64,000 nt of DNA. It comes from an uncultured Planctomycetales bacterium (lineage in GTDB: Bacteria > Planctomycetota > Phycisphaerae > UBA1845 > JAFGLZ01). The translations under genes were made by a program, and so were the position numbers. Below, piece after piece: positions 45,393-54,447 of the stretch; position 1 is the stretch's first letter, and every line of letters begins with the position of its first letter. Location of the stretch: positions 40,080 to 104,079 of the forward strand of contig CAZUQM010000022.1 of assembly GCA_964622545.1 (NCBI GenBank), in the 5' to 3' direction. Under the pieces are notes generated by a model, which saw only the letters and a list, made by a program, of their open reading frames with translations, did not search any database and was not told the DNA's origin.

Positions 45393-46325
45393 ATGCCCAT
45401 GGACTATCAGTCGCTGAGATTGCTCTGGGTGCGTCACGTCGTGGTTACCTTGGCGCGCACGCTGGGGTTCCGCCCCTGTCTGGCGACGGCCCGGTGGCTG
45501 GCCCGAGGCGTGTTCGAACTCAACACGCCCGCCCGGCGGCGCGCCACCGATCACCTGATCCAGGCCTTCGGCGATACCCTCACCGACCGGCAGCGCGATC
45601 GCCTCGTCCGCGACGTCTTTGAGAACATCGCCGCCTTCTGGGTCGAGACGTGTTGGGTGCCGCGATGCCTGCGACCGAGTTCCTGGAGGCGGGCCGTGCG
45701 CTTCGACGATCCGAGCATGGTCGAGTCCGTGGCCCGAAGCGACCGCGGCGCGCTCTGGGTCAGCGCCTACTTCGGCAACATGGCCGTGACGGCCTACGCC
45801 CTCGCGCAGGTGTGTCGCCCCCTCTACGTCCTGATCGATGAGGCCCGGCATCCGGTGCTCCGTTCCTGGCAGGCCGAGCTGTACAGCCAGCCGAACATCG
45901 TGCCGCTGGCCAAACAGCGGACCCGCGGCCGGGTCGCCGACCTGCTCGCCAGCGGCGCGAAGGTCTTCATCGTCGGCGAGCATGTCCGCAGCGGCGGTAG
46001 GGCGGTCGAGACCCGGTTCCTCGGTGCCCCGTGGCGGTGCTACCCGACGGTGGGACTCCTGGCCCGATGGTGCGACGTGCCGGTGGTCGTCGCCATGGGC
46101 CGACGCCAGCCGGGACGGTTCCGGTTCCACATCGCGACCGAGCGCGTGGCCGAGCCGCGCGACCTCGGCGATGCCCCCGATGCGACCGACCAGATCGTCC
46201 GAGCCACGATGGCCGCCCTCGAACGTGAGATTCTCAGCCGTCCCGAGCAGTATCTCTGGACGAGGATCCGCGACGAGCGGGACCTGACGGCATCGACCTC
46301 AGAGGCGAACGGCGAGGGGGCGTGA
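45393..46325 (+). CDS. LpxL/HtrB-family (lipid A late / lysophospholipid) acyltransferase-like protein with substituted catalytic dyad
   Basis: Family-typical layout and C-terminal PEQYLWTR. The expected H-x-x-x-x-E/D block reads YFGNMA instead of HFGNWE. Confidence 0.6.
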   Translation: MPMDYQSLRLLWVRHVVVTLARTLGFRPCLATARWLARGVFELNTPARRRATDHLIQAFGDTLTDRQRDRLVRDVFENIAAFWVETCWVPRCLRPSSWRRAVRFDDPSMVESVARSDRGALWVSAYFGNMAVTAYALAQVCRPLYVLIDEARHPVLRSWQAELYSQPNIVPLAKQRTRGRVADLLASGAKVFIVGEHVRSGGRAVETRFLGAPWRCYPTVGLLARWCDVPVVVAMGRRQPGRFRFHIATERVAEPRDLGDAPDATDQIVRATMAALEREILSRPEQYLWTRIRDERDLTASTSEANGEGA

Positions 46326-46418
46326 GTGGCGATCGGGGCCCTGTGGGTAACCGGCTGCCAGGCAAGGCAACCGCCTGTCCGAAAAGAGGTTGCTTAGTCC
46401 CGGCGGGGTGGATTGTCG

Positions 46419-46446
46419 TTGACACGGCAGGGCGTGACACTAAAAT
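46419..46446 (+). promoter_or_regulatory. Candidate promoter (TTGACA-N16-TAAAAT) upstream of the LptD-like gene
   Basis: TTGACA at 46419-24, a 16-nt spacer, then TAAAAT at 46441-46, about 65 nt upstream of the GTG start. Confidence 0.45.
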
Positions 46447-46509
46447 GGTCTGCTTAGACGCCGGCGTCCGACCTGCTGCGGAGGCCGGCTGTGTCGTAAC
46501 TGGGAACCT

Positions 46510-49500
46510 GTGAGTTTGCCCGACTTGATGCGATTCCTTCAGCGCCGGCTTGCTGTGCTCTGTACGCTGACGGTGGGAGCCGTGGTGTGCGCCGCTCCCC
46601 AGGGCCCCACGACCGCGCCGTACGAGCCCGACGACCCTCTGGCCGAGCTCTTCCCCACCGGCATCAGCGAGAATGCCGTCTATCTCAACGCCAAGCTGGC
46701 CTACACCTGGAAGCAAGACGGCGTGCCGGTCGTGGCGATGCGGGGCGACTTCCGTCTGCTGGTCGACCGCCGCGAGCTCCGCGCCGACGAGGCCGTCGTT
46801 TGGATGAAGGAGAAGGTCTACAACGGCCGGAAGTTCACGGCCATGGACGTCTTCCTCTGGCAGAACGCCGAGATCCAAGAGCCGGGCGGAACCGTGACGT
46901 CCGGGCCGGTCTTCCTCGTGACGGTCCAGACGTTCGGCGCCGTCAAGCTGAGCGCCGACGCCACGAGCAAGGAATCGCAGGCCGGCTCGCCGCTGTACAT
47001 CCAGGCCGTCGAGACGCGGCAGCTCATCGAAGCGCGGGAGGCGGCCCTGCAGCAGGTGGCCCCCGACGCTTTGCCGCCACGGCCCAAGACGGGACAAGAA
47101 GAGACACCCGTTCAGGTGAAGGTGGCCGACGGCGAGATCGCCCTGCCGTCGCTCCGCAAGGGCCCCAAGCAGATCAGCTATCGCGGCGACGACCTCCAGA
47201 TCAACCTCCAGAAGGGCCTCGTCACGGCCATCGGCGACGTCTACCTGACGCACCGTGAGGAGGGGGCGGGGCTGCTCGAGATCCGCGCCGACTCGGCGGT
47301 GATCTTCCTGGCCGAGCAGGCCACGGGCGCCGCGACCGACATGATGGGCACGCTCGGTCGGCGCGAGCCGAAGCCCTCGGCGCTCGGGCCGAGCGCCGGG
47401 CAGATCACGCTCGAGGAGGCCGACCAGGAGGACGGCGCGCTGCCCCAACAGCCGACGGATGAGACGCAGCTCATCGCCAACACCGTGACCGGCGCCTACC
47501 TCGAGGGCGACGTGGTCCTGTCGCGCGGCCAGCGGATGATCCGGTCCGCGATGCTGTACTACGACTTCGAGAACAGCCGGGCCCTGATCCTCGACGCGGT
47601 GATGCGAGCCGAGGTGCCCCAGCGCGACGTGCCGATCTATGTGCGGGCCTCGCAGATCCGTCAGCTTTCGAGCACCGAGTACGCCGCCAGCAACGCCAAG
47701 ATCACGAGCAGTGAGTTCCACACCCCGCACTACCACATCGGCGCCGAGCAGGTGTACCTCCGCGACCGCACCACCCGCGACTCGACGGGCGAGATCGTCG
47801 GCCTCATGGCGGGCACCTACGAGGCCCGCAACACGACGTTCAACGTCGGCGGCGTGCCCGTGGCCTACTGGCCCTACAGCAAGGGCGACTTCAAGCTGAG
47901 CGAGTCGGCGATCCGCAACGTGCGGATGGGCTACAGCGACGATTTCGGCGCGGCCTTCGAGACCAAGTGGTACATGTTCAACCTGCTCGGGATGGAGCAG
48001 CCCCAGGGCTACGACGCCTGGCTCAACCTCGACTACTACACCGAGCGCGGCCCCGGCGTGGGCATCAACCTCGATTACGAGCGCGAAGACTACTACGGCC
48101 TGTTCCGCAGCTACTACGTCTACGATTCCGGCGAGGACGACCTCGGACCGTTCCGTGACGGCGAGCCCGACACGAAGCACCGCGGCCGCCTGACCTGGCG
48201 ACACCGCCAGTACCTGCCCAAGGACTGGGAGCTCACGCTCGAGGCCAGCTACATCAGCGATCCCGGCTTCCTCGAGGAGTGGGAGCGCGAGGAGTTCTTC
48301 GAGAGCAAGGAACAAGAGACGCTCATCTACGCCAAGAAGCAGCGGGACCACTGGGCGTTCACCGCGCTGGCCCAGTGGCGGGCCCTCGATTTCCTGACCC
48401 AGACCGAGCACCTGCCCGACTTCGGGTTCCATCTCATCGGCCAGGACGTGGCCGAGATCGCCACGGTCTTCAGCGAGAGCCACGCCGGCGTCGTCCGCTA
48501 CCGGCCCGACAACCGCCGCATCTTCGACACGTTCCGGCTCAACGACAACACGGCCAAGACCGACATGACCCCGCGCCTCGACGAGCGCGCCGAGGTCGAC
48601 GTGCCGATCCCGCTCGGCCCGATCAAGGCCGTGCCCTTCGCGACGGCTCGAGGCAGCTACTGGGATTCGAGCCCCACCCTGGAGGGGGCCGTCTGGCGGG
48701 GCTACATGAACTACGGGACCCGCGCGGGCACGTACCTGTCACGCGTCTATCCCGACGTGACGAGCCGGCTCTTCGACGTCAACGGCATCAAGCACATCAT
48801 CAAGCCCGACGCGGCGGTCTGGTTCGCCCACTCGAACATGGGCAGCGACAACCTCACGCCCTTCGACGAGGGCATCGAGACCATCGACGACTTCGACGGC
48901 GTGACGGTCGGCGTGCGTCAGCGCTGGCAGACGAAGCGCGGCGGGCCCGGCCGGTGGCGGACGGTCGACCTGCTCACCTTGGATCTCGAGCTGGGCGCCT
49001 TCGGCGGCGGACCCAAGAACGCCTTCACCCACGGCGATACGTTCATGAGCCGGCCCGAGAACTCGCTGACGGCGAACTACCTCAACGGGCTGCTGAACTA
49101 CCGCCTGAGCGACAGCACGGCCTTCTTGTGGGACTTCAACTGGGACCTCGACGACGCCGAGATGGACGTGACGAACGTCTCCATCGCCGTCGAGCGGTCG
49201 CCGCGGATGAGCTACTTCCTCGGTTGGCGCTACATCCGCGAGACCGAGAACAACCTGCTCGGGCTCGGCACGAACTACAAGCTCAACGAGAAACACACGC
49301 TCGCCGCCCGCGCCTTCTACGACATCGACGTGGGACGCGTGGCCGACTGGAACGTGACCATCCTGCGACGCATGCCCCGCTGGTATCTCGCGCTCAGCGT
49401 CGGCTACGACGGCGTGAAGGAGGACTGGAGCCTGTCGGTGGCGGCCTGGCCTGAAGGCCTGCCCGAGGCCGCCCTCGGCTCCCGACGCTTCACGGGCCTG

Positions 49501-49584
49501 GCCCGCACCACGGGCCTCCGCGCCCAGAAGACCAGCGGCTCGCTGCCCCCCGCCACGCCGGCCCCGCCCGTCCTGCCTGAGTGA
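46510..49584 (+). CDS. lptD: LptD/OstA-like outer-membrane LPS assembly protein
   Basis: 1024 aa with a signal peptide. N-terminal OstA-like beta-jellyroll segments (ADEAVVW..., AIGDVYLTHRE, LEGDVVLSRGQRMIRSAMLYYDF) and a long aromatic-rich beta-barrel-like C-terminus. Lies within the lipid A cluster. Confidence 0.6.
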   Translation: MSLPDLMRFLQRRLAVLCTLTVGAVVCAAPQGPTTAPYEPDDPLAELFPTGISENAVYLNAKLAYTWKQDGVPVVAMRGDFRLLVDRRELRADEAVVWMKEKVYNGRKFTAMDVFLWQNAEIQEPGGTVTSGPVFLVTVQTFGAVKLSADATSKESQAGSPLYIQAVETRQLIEAREAALQQVAPDALPPRPKTGQEETPVQVKVADGEIALPSLRKGPKQISYRGDDLQINLQKGLVTAIGDVYLTHREEGAGLLEIRADSAVIFLAEQATGAATDMMGTLGRREPKPSALGPSAGQITLEEADQEDGALPQQPTDETQLIANTVTGAYLEGDVVLSRGQRMIRSAMLYYDFENSRALILDAVMRAEVPQRDVPIYVRASQIRQLSSTEYAASNAKITSSEFHTPHYHIGAEQVYLRDRTTRDSTGEIVGLMAGTYEARNTTFNVGGVPVAYWPYSKGDFKLSESAIRNVRMGYSDDFGAAFETKWYMFNLLGMEQPQGYDAWLNLDYYTERGPGVGINLDYEREDYYGLFRSYYVYDSGEDDLGPFRDGEPDTKHRGRLTWRHRQYLPKDWELTLEASYISDPGFLEEWEREEFFESKEQETLIYAKKQRDHWAFTALAQWRALDFLTQTEHLPDFGFHLIGQDVAEIATVFSESHAGVVRYRPDNRRIFDTFRLNDNTAKTDMTPRLDERAEVDVPIPLGPIKAVPFATARGSYWDSSPTLEGAVWRGYMNYGTRAGTYLSRVYPDVTSRLFDVNGIKHIIKPDAAVWFAHSNMGSDNLTPFDEGIETIDDFDGVTVGVRQRWQTKRGGPGRWRTVDLLTLDLELGAFGGGPKNAFTHGDTFMSRPENSLTANYLNGLLNYRLSDSTAFLWDFNWDLDDAEMDVTNVSIAVERSPRMSYFLGWRYIRETENNLLGLGTNYKLNEKHTLAARAFYDIDVGRVADWNVTILRRMPRWYLALSVGYDGVKEDWSLSVAAWPEGLPEAALGSRRFTGLARTTGLRAQKTSGSLPPATPAPPVLPE

Positions 49585-49847
49585 CGACGTGGGATTCCGA
49601 CGAATCGAGGATGAGTTCGCCACGGGGAGTTGGCCGACGAACGTGCGGTCCGTGTTCGCACCGCAGACCCTAGACCTCAAACCCCAGACCCTATGATCGG
49701 GGTTGAGTTGTCCGCCCAAATCGTCACAATGAGGGCTTGCCCGGCGGATGACGTATCAGGCCTGTGGGCTCCGCTCGCTGCTCGACGTCGGGCACATCGG
49801 AGAGCGACGGGCCCGTCACGCACTTTGAGACCGAAGCGAGGACAACC

Positions 49848-50441
49848 ATGAGGACCGCTTGGATCATCGTAACGACGGCAGGGCTGATGGTGGGTCTCTG
49901 CCTGGTACTGGCCGGTCGCCCGACCCAGGCACAGGGCCCCGGCGCGCCGGCGAAGTTCGGCGTGGTCGATCTGGGCGAGGTGCTCCGCGAGTACCAGGAA
50001 GTCCAGGAGATGGAGGACAAGCTCCGACAGCGCGCCGCCGAGTTCAAGAAGGAGGGCGAGGCCAGGCGGGACAAGCTCGACACGCTCCGTTTCGAGCGCG
50101 ATCGGCTCCACCCGGACGAGCCGGAGTGGCTCCGACTCCAGAAGGAGCTCAACCGCATGTCCGTCGAGCTCGAACTCTGGGCCAAGTTCGAGAAGCAGGA
50201 CATCGAGGCCGAGAGCCGCGAGCAGCAGAGCCGCCTCTACAAGCGGGCCCTGCAGGCCGTCGAGACCGTCGCTAAGCAGCGCGGGCTCGCCAGCGTCTTC
50301 CAGTTGGACGAGATCGACTTGAACGATCCGAAGGACGTGGTCACCCCGCAGCGGATGTCCGTGCGGGCCGTGCTGTACGCCTCGCCGGCGGTGGACCTGA
50401 CCAAGGACGTGATCGCCATGCTGAACCAGGCGTCGAAATAG
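49848..50441 (+). CDS. OmpH/Skp-like periplasmic chaperone, paralog 1
   Basis: GAGGA RBS then ATG at 49848. Signal peptide, FGVVDLGEVLREYQEVQ, and long charged helices. Confidence 0.75.
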   Translation: MRTAWIIVTTAGLMVGLCLVLAGRPTQAQGPGAPAKFGVVDLGEVLREYQEVQEMEDKLRQRAAEFKKEGEARRDKLDTLRFERDRLHPDEPEWLRLQKELNRMSVELELWAKFEKQDIEAESREQQSRLYKRALQAVETVAKQRGLASVFQLDEIDLNDPKDVVTPQRMSVRAVLYASPAVDLTKDVIAMLNQASK

Positions 50442-50513
50442 CGGGCACGAGGTGGGATCGCGGCCTCGACACGCCTCGCCGCGTGCAGGCCGCTTGCGAT
50501 TAGGGAGTCTGCG

Positions 50514-51170
50514 ATGCGTTGCGTACTATCGAATGGGATCTCGTCGGGATGGTTGTTGGCCGTCATGCTGGGCGGGATCGTGGTCGGAGGCTTGCTCGTC
50601 GATCGCGGCCAGAGCCAGGCCGCCGAAGGTGCCGCCGCTCCCGGCCCGACCGTGGTCGGCGTCGTCGACATGTACAAGGTCCTGAACGAGTCCAGGATGT
50701 ACAAGGATCTCAAGGAAGACCTCCGCGAAGGCGCCCAGAGCAAACGCGAGGAGGCCCAGCGCCGCAAGCAAGAGGCCGAGATGGCCGAGAAGACCCTCGA
50801 CGCCTTCAACCGTCGCGCCCCGCAGTTCCGCGAGAAGTTCAAGGCCTTCGTCGATGCGGCCGTCGACTACAACGCCTACGTCAAGCTCAGCCAGGCCGAG
50901 CAGATCCTACTGCTCAACAAGGGCACATGGCAGGTGTATCAGTCGATTCTCGAGGTGGTCGCCGAGGTCGCCAAGGAGCGCGGCGTCGACCTGGTCGTGT
51001 ATCTCGACGACTTCGAGCCCGACCTTCAGGACACCCAGCGGCTGATGTCCCAGATACGCCAACGCAAGATCCTGCATCGGGCGCCCAGGGTCGACATGAC
51101 CGAGCTCGTGCTCGAGCGGTTCAACATGAGCTACCGCAAGGCCAAAGCCGCTAATGAGAAGGGCAGTTAG
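50514..51170 (+). CDS. OmpH/Skp-like periplasmic chaperone, paralog 2
   Basis: Signal anchor, VGVVDMYKVLNESRMYKDLKEDL, and charged helical arms. Confidence 0.7.
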   Translation: MRCVLSNGISSGWLLAVMLGGIVVGGLLVDRGQSQAAEGAAAPGPTVVGVVDMYKVLNESRMYKDLKEDLREGAQSKREEAQRRKQEAEMAEKTLDAFNRRAPQFREKFKAFVDAAVDYNAYVKLSQAEQILLLNKGTWQVYQSILEVVAEVAKERGVDLVVYLDDFEPDLQDTQRLMSQIRQRKILHRAPRVDMTELVLERFNMSYRKAKAANEKGS

Positions 51171-51175
51171 TCCCC

Positions 51176-52231
51176 ATGCCGGTCGAAGGAGCCACCTTGG
51201 GCGACCTGGCCCGACTCGTCGGGGGTCAGCTCGTCGGCGACGCTGATCGCCTCGTCACCGGCGTGGCCGGCATCGACGAGGCCTCCGCCGACCACATCAC
51301 CTGGGTCACCGAGAGCAAGTACGTCGAGAAGCTGTCTTCGAGCAGCGCGGGCGCCGTCCTGATCGGCAAAGGGATGGGCGAAGCGCCCATGCCGGCCATC
51401 GTGTGCGACGATCCCGCCGCCGGCATCGCCCTGATCATGGAGCACCTCGCCCCGCCGGTCTGGCGGCCCGAGCCGGGCGTGCACCCGACCGCGGTGGTCT
51501 CGGCAACCGCGACGCTGGGGGAGGGCGTGTCGATCGGGCCCTACGCGATCGTGGGCGATCGGGCGCGGATCGGTGAGGACACCTGCGTCCACGGTCACGT
51601 CGTGATCGGACCGGACGTGGCGATCGGACCGGGCTGTGTCCTCTGGCCGCACGTGGTGATCCGCGAACGGTGTGAGCTGGGGGCCCGTGTCGTGGTGCAT
51701 CCGCATGGGACCGTCGGCGCCGACGGCTTCGGCTATCGCTTCGCCGACGGTCGACACAACAAGATCCCGCAGACGGGCATCGTAGCGGTGGGCGACGACG
51801 TGGAGATCGGGGCGGGCTCGTGTATCGATCGGGCCAAGGTCGGACGAACCGTGGTCGGAGCGGGCACGAAGATTGATAACCTCTGTCAGATTGCCCATAA
51901 TGTGCAGATCGGTCCCCACTGCGTGATTGTGGCCCAGGCGGGTATCGCCGGGTCGTCGCGGTTGGGCGGTTACGTGGTGTTGGGCGGTCAGGTGGGCGTT
52001 CGGGACCACGTCTCTTTGGGTGACGGGGTACAGGCAGCGGCCTGTTGCTGCATCGCACAGGACGTGCAGGCCGGTCAAGCCGTCGGCGGCATACCGGCCC
52101 GCGACGCGCACGAGTGGTTGCGCCAGCAGGCTGCCTTGCGGAAGCTGCCGGTCCTCCAGGCCCGACTCCGAGATATCGAAAGACGGATCGCCAGCCTTGA
52201 AGCCTCAACGGACGATCGCCAAGCCGACTGA
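51176..52231 (+). CDS. lpxD: UDP-3-O-acylglucosamine N-acyltransferase
   Basis: N-terminal LpxD domain (LGDLARLVGGQLVGD...ITWV), then left-handed beta-helix hexapeptide repeats and a C-terminal helix. Confidence 0.9.
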   Translation: MPVEGATLGDLARLVGGQLVGDADRLVTGVAGIDEASADHITWVTESKYVEKLSSSSAGAVLIGKGMGEAPMPAIVCDDPAAGIALIMEHLAPPVWRPEPGVHPTAVVSATATLGEGVSIGPYAIVGDRARIGEDTCVHGHVVIGPDVAIGPGCVLWPHVVIRERCELGARVVVHPHGTVGADGFGYRFADGRHNKIPQTGIVAVGDDVEIGAGSCIDRAKVGRTVVGAGTKIDNLCQIAHNVQIGPHCVIVAQAGIAGSSRLGGYVVLGGQVGVRDHVSLGDGVQAAACCCIAQDVQAGQAVGGIPARDAHEWLRQQAALRKLPVLQARLRDIERRIASLEASTDDRQAD

Positions 52232-53513
52232 GCTGACGGGGCGTGGCCTGTTCACGGGCGAAGAGGTCACCATGCGCCTCAGGCCCGCGCCGCCCGACTC
52301 GGGCGTGGTCTTCGTTCGGAACGATCAACCCGAGCCGGTTCGCATCCCCGCCCAGATCGACCATGTCACCAAACGCGCGCGACGCTCCTCGCTCCGCAAC
52401 GGCACGGTCTCCATCGAGACCGTGGAGCACTTCATGGCCGCCGTGGCCGGGGCCGACCTCGACAACATTGAGGTCGAGCTGTCCGGGCCCGGCTCCGAAT
52501 TGCCGGGCGGCGACGGCAGTTGCGGCATGTTCCTCACAGCGCTCACCGAGGCCGGCGCCGTCGATCAGGACGCCGAGCGGCGCGTGCTTCGCATCACGCG
52601 CCACATCCGCGTGAGCCAGGGCGACGCCAGCATCGACGCCGTGCCGGGCGATCCGGACGGGCTCGACATCCTCTACGATCTCGACTACGGCGACGCCGGC
52701 CCGATCGGCCGACAGCTCTTCGCCGTCCGTGTGACGCCCCAGACGTTCATGAACGAGGTCGCCCCGGCCCGGACGTTCTTGCTCGAGGAGGAGGCCACGG
52801 CCTTTCGGGCGCGCGGACTCGGCGCGCACCTGACCTATCAGGACGTCCTGGTCTTCGGACCGGACGGGCCGATCGAGAACGAGACCCGCTATCCCAACGA
52901 ATGCGTCCGGCACAAGGTGCAGGACCTGATCGGCGATTCCATGCTGCTCGGCCGCTACTTGCGCGGACGGCTCATCGCCAGGAAGTCCGGACACAGCCTC
53001 AACCACGAGCTGGTCCGGCAACTGCTCGACGTGCTCCAGTCGGAACACATGGGCGATCGGTTGGAGGCCGATCCGATCCTCGACATACGGCGGATCCACC
53101 GCCTGCTGCCGCACCGCTATCCGTTCCTCATGGTCGATCGTGTGATCGAGCTCGTGCCGGAGAAGCGTATCACGGCCGTCAAGAACGTGACGATCAACGA
53201 GGAGTACTTCCAAGGCCATTACCCGGGCCAGCCGATCATGCCCGGCGTGATGGTGATCGAGGCGATGGCCCAGGCCGCCGGGCTGCTGATCGGTCAACGG
53301 CTCGAGATGACGGGCAAGGTGGCGGTCTTGCTGAGTGTCGACAACGCCAAGTTCCGCCGCGCGGTCATGCCGGGTGATCAGCTCGTCCTGGAGGCCGAGT
53401 CGATTCGTGTCAAGGCGCGCACGGCCAGCGTGAAATGCACGGCACGGGTGGGCACCGCGCTCGCCGCGGAGGCCAAGCTCAAGTGCATGATGGTCGACGC
53501 CGAACCCAATTGA
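52197..53513 (+). CDS. lpxC/fabZ: Bifunctional UDP-3-O-acyl-GlcNAc deacetylase / 3-hydroxyacyl-ACP dehydratase (LpxC-FabZ fusion)
   Basis: LpxC motifs QRTIAKP...GRGLFTG, TVEHFMAAV and HKVQDLIGD. FabZ motifs LPHRYPFLMVDRV and GHYPGQPIMPGV. The start is uncertain: TTG 52197 preserves the conserved N-terminus, and the next ATG is at 52272. Confidence 0.88.
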   Translation: MKPQRTIAKPTELTGRGLFTGEEVTMRLRPAPPDSGVVFVRNDQPEPVRIPAQIDHVTKRARRSSLRNGTVSIETVEHFMAAVAGADLDNIEVELSGPGSELPGGDGSCGMFLTALTEAGAVDQDAERRVLRITRHIRVSQGDASIDAVPGDPDGLDILYDLDYGDAGPIGRQLFAVRVTPQTFMNEVAPARTFLLEEEATAFRARGLGAHLTYQDVLVFGPDGPIENETRYPNECVRHKVQDLIGDSMLLGRYLRGRLIARKSGHSLNHELVRQLLDVLQSEHMGDRLEADPILDIRRIHRLLPHRYPFLMVDRVIELVPEKRITAVKNVTINEEYFQGHYPGQPIMPGVMVIEAMAQAAGLLIGQRLEMTGKVAVLLSVDNAKFRRAVMPGDQLVLEAESIRVKARTASVKCTARVGTALAAEAKLKCMMVDAEPN

Positions 53514-53571
53514 CGTAGATCCCCCGCCACACCATCGGGCCGTTGCCGGGGGAGCCAGAGGACGCTGCACC

Positions 53572-54447
53572 ATGACGACAATCCATCCCAGCGCGTGCGT
53601 CGATCCGAAGGCCCGAGTGGGCCAGGATGTTGAGATCGGTCCCAACTGCTTCGTCGGCCCCCACGTCGTTCTCGGCGACGGATGCCGGCTGCACAACAAC
53701 GTGACCATCACCGGCCGGACGAGGGTCGGTGCCGGCAACCAGTTCTATCCCCAGGCCGTCATCGGCGCCGATCCGCAGGACCTCAAGTACGAGGGTGAGC
53801 CCACCGAGCTCGTCGTCGGCGACGACAACGTCTTTCGCGAGCTGGTCACCGCCCATACCGGCACCGCCGGCGGCGGCGGCGTGACCCGGATCGGCCATCA
53901 CAACCGGTTCCTGATCGGGGTGCACATCGCCCACGATGTCACGATCCAGGACCACGTCGTGCTGGCCAACAGCGTCCAGGTCGGCGGACATGTCCTGCTC
54001 GAAAGCTACGTGAACGTAGGCGGCATGACCGGTTTCCACCATTTCGTACGCGTGGGCCGACACGCCATGGTCGCCGGCATGACCCGCGCCAACGTCGACG
54101 TGCCTCCCTACATGATTGCGCATGGGGCCGAATGCCGCGTCCGCGGCGTGAACGTCAACGGCATGGCGCGATGGGGCTTCAGCCAGGAACGACTCGCGGC
54201 CATCCGGCAGGCCTTCAAGGACATCTACTCCGAGCGAAGCCGCTTCAGCGGTCCGATTCTGCGGCGGCTCGAAGGCGTCGAGAGTAACGGAGAGCTGACC
54301 GACGACGTGAAGTACCTCATCCGGTTCGTGCGCGACACCCTGCAGTCCGGGCACCGGGGCCGCTTCCTCGAGAGCGCCCGCGACGAGTCGACCCGAAAGC
54401 GCGCCGCGTTCTACGAAGAGGTCACCGAGAAAGGAGCCGAGGTGTGA
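53572..54447 (+). CDS. lpxA: Acyl-ACP--UDP-N-acetylglucosamine O-acyltransferase
   Basis: MTTIHPSACVDPKARVG start, hexapeptide repeats, and a C-terminal helical domain; 291 aa. Confidence 0.9.
   Translation: MTTIHPSACVDPKARVGQDVEIGPNCFVGPHVVLGDGCRLHNNVTITGRTRVGAGNQFYPQAVIGADPQDLKYEGEPTELVVGDDNVFRELVTAHTGTAGGGGVTRIGHHNRFLIGVHIAHDVTIQDHVVLANSVQVGGHVLLESYVNVGGMTGFHHFVRVGRHAMVAGMTRANVDVPPYMIAHGAECRVRGVNVNGMARWGFSQERLAAIRQAFKDIYSERSRFSGPILRRLEGVESNGELTDDVKYLIRFVRDTLQSGHRGRFLESARDESTRKRAAFYEEVTEKGAEV

Noticed and set aside
46234-48483. 749-aa minus-strand ORF antisense to the LpxL-like and LptD-like genes
   Set aside because: It shows antisense low-complexity composition and spans two well-supported plus-strand genes.
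51435-53738. 767-aa minus-strand ORF antisense to lpxD and lpxC/fabZ
   Set aside because: The plus-strand genes have unambiguous catalytic motifs. The antisense translation is Arg/Pro-rich junk.
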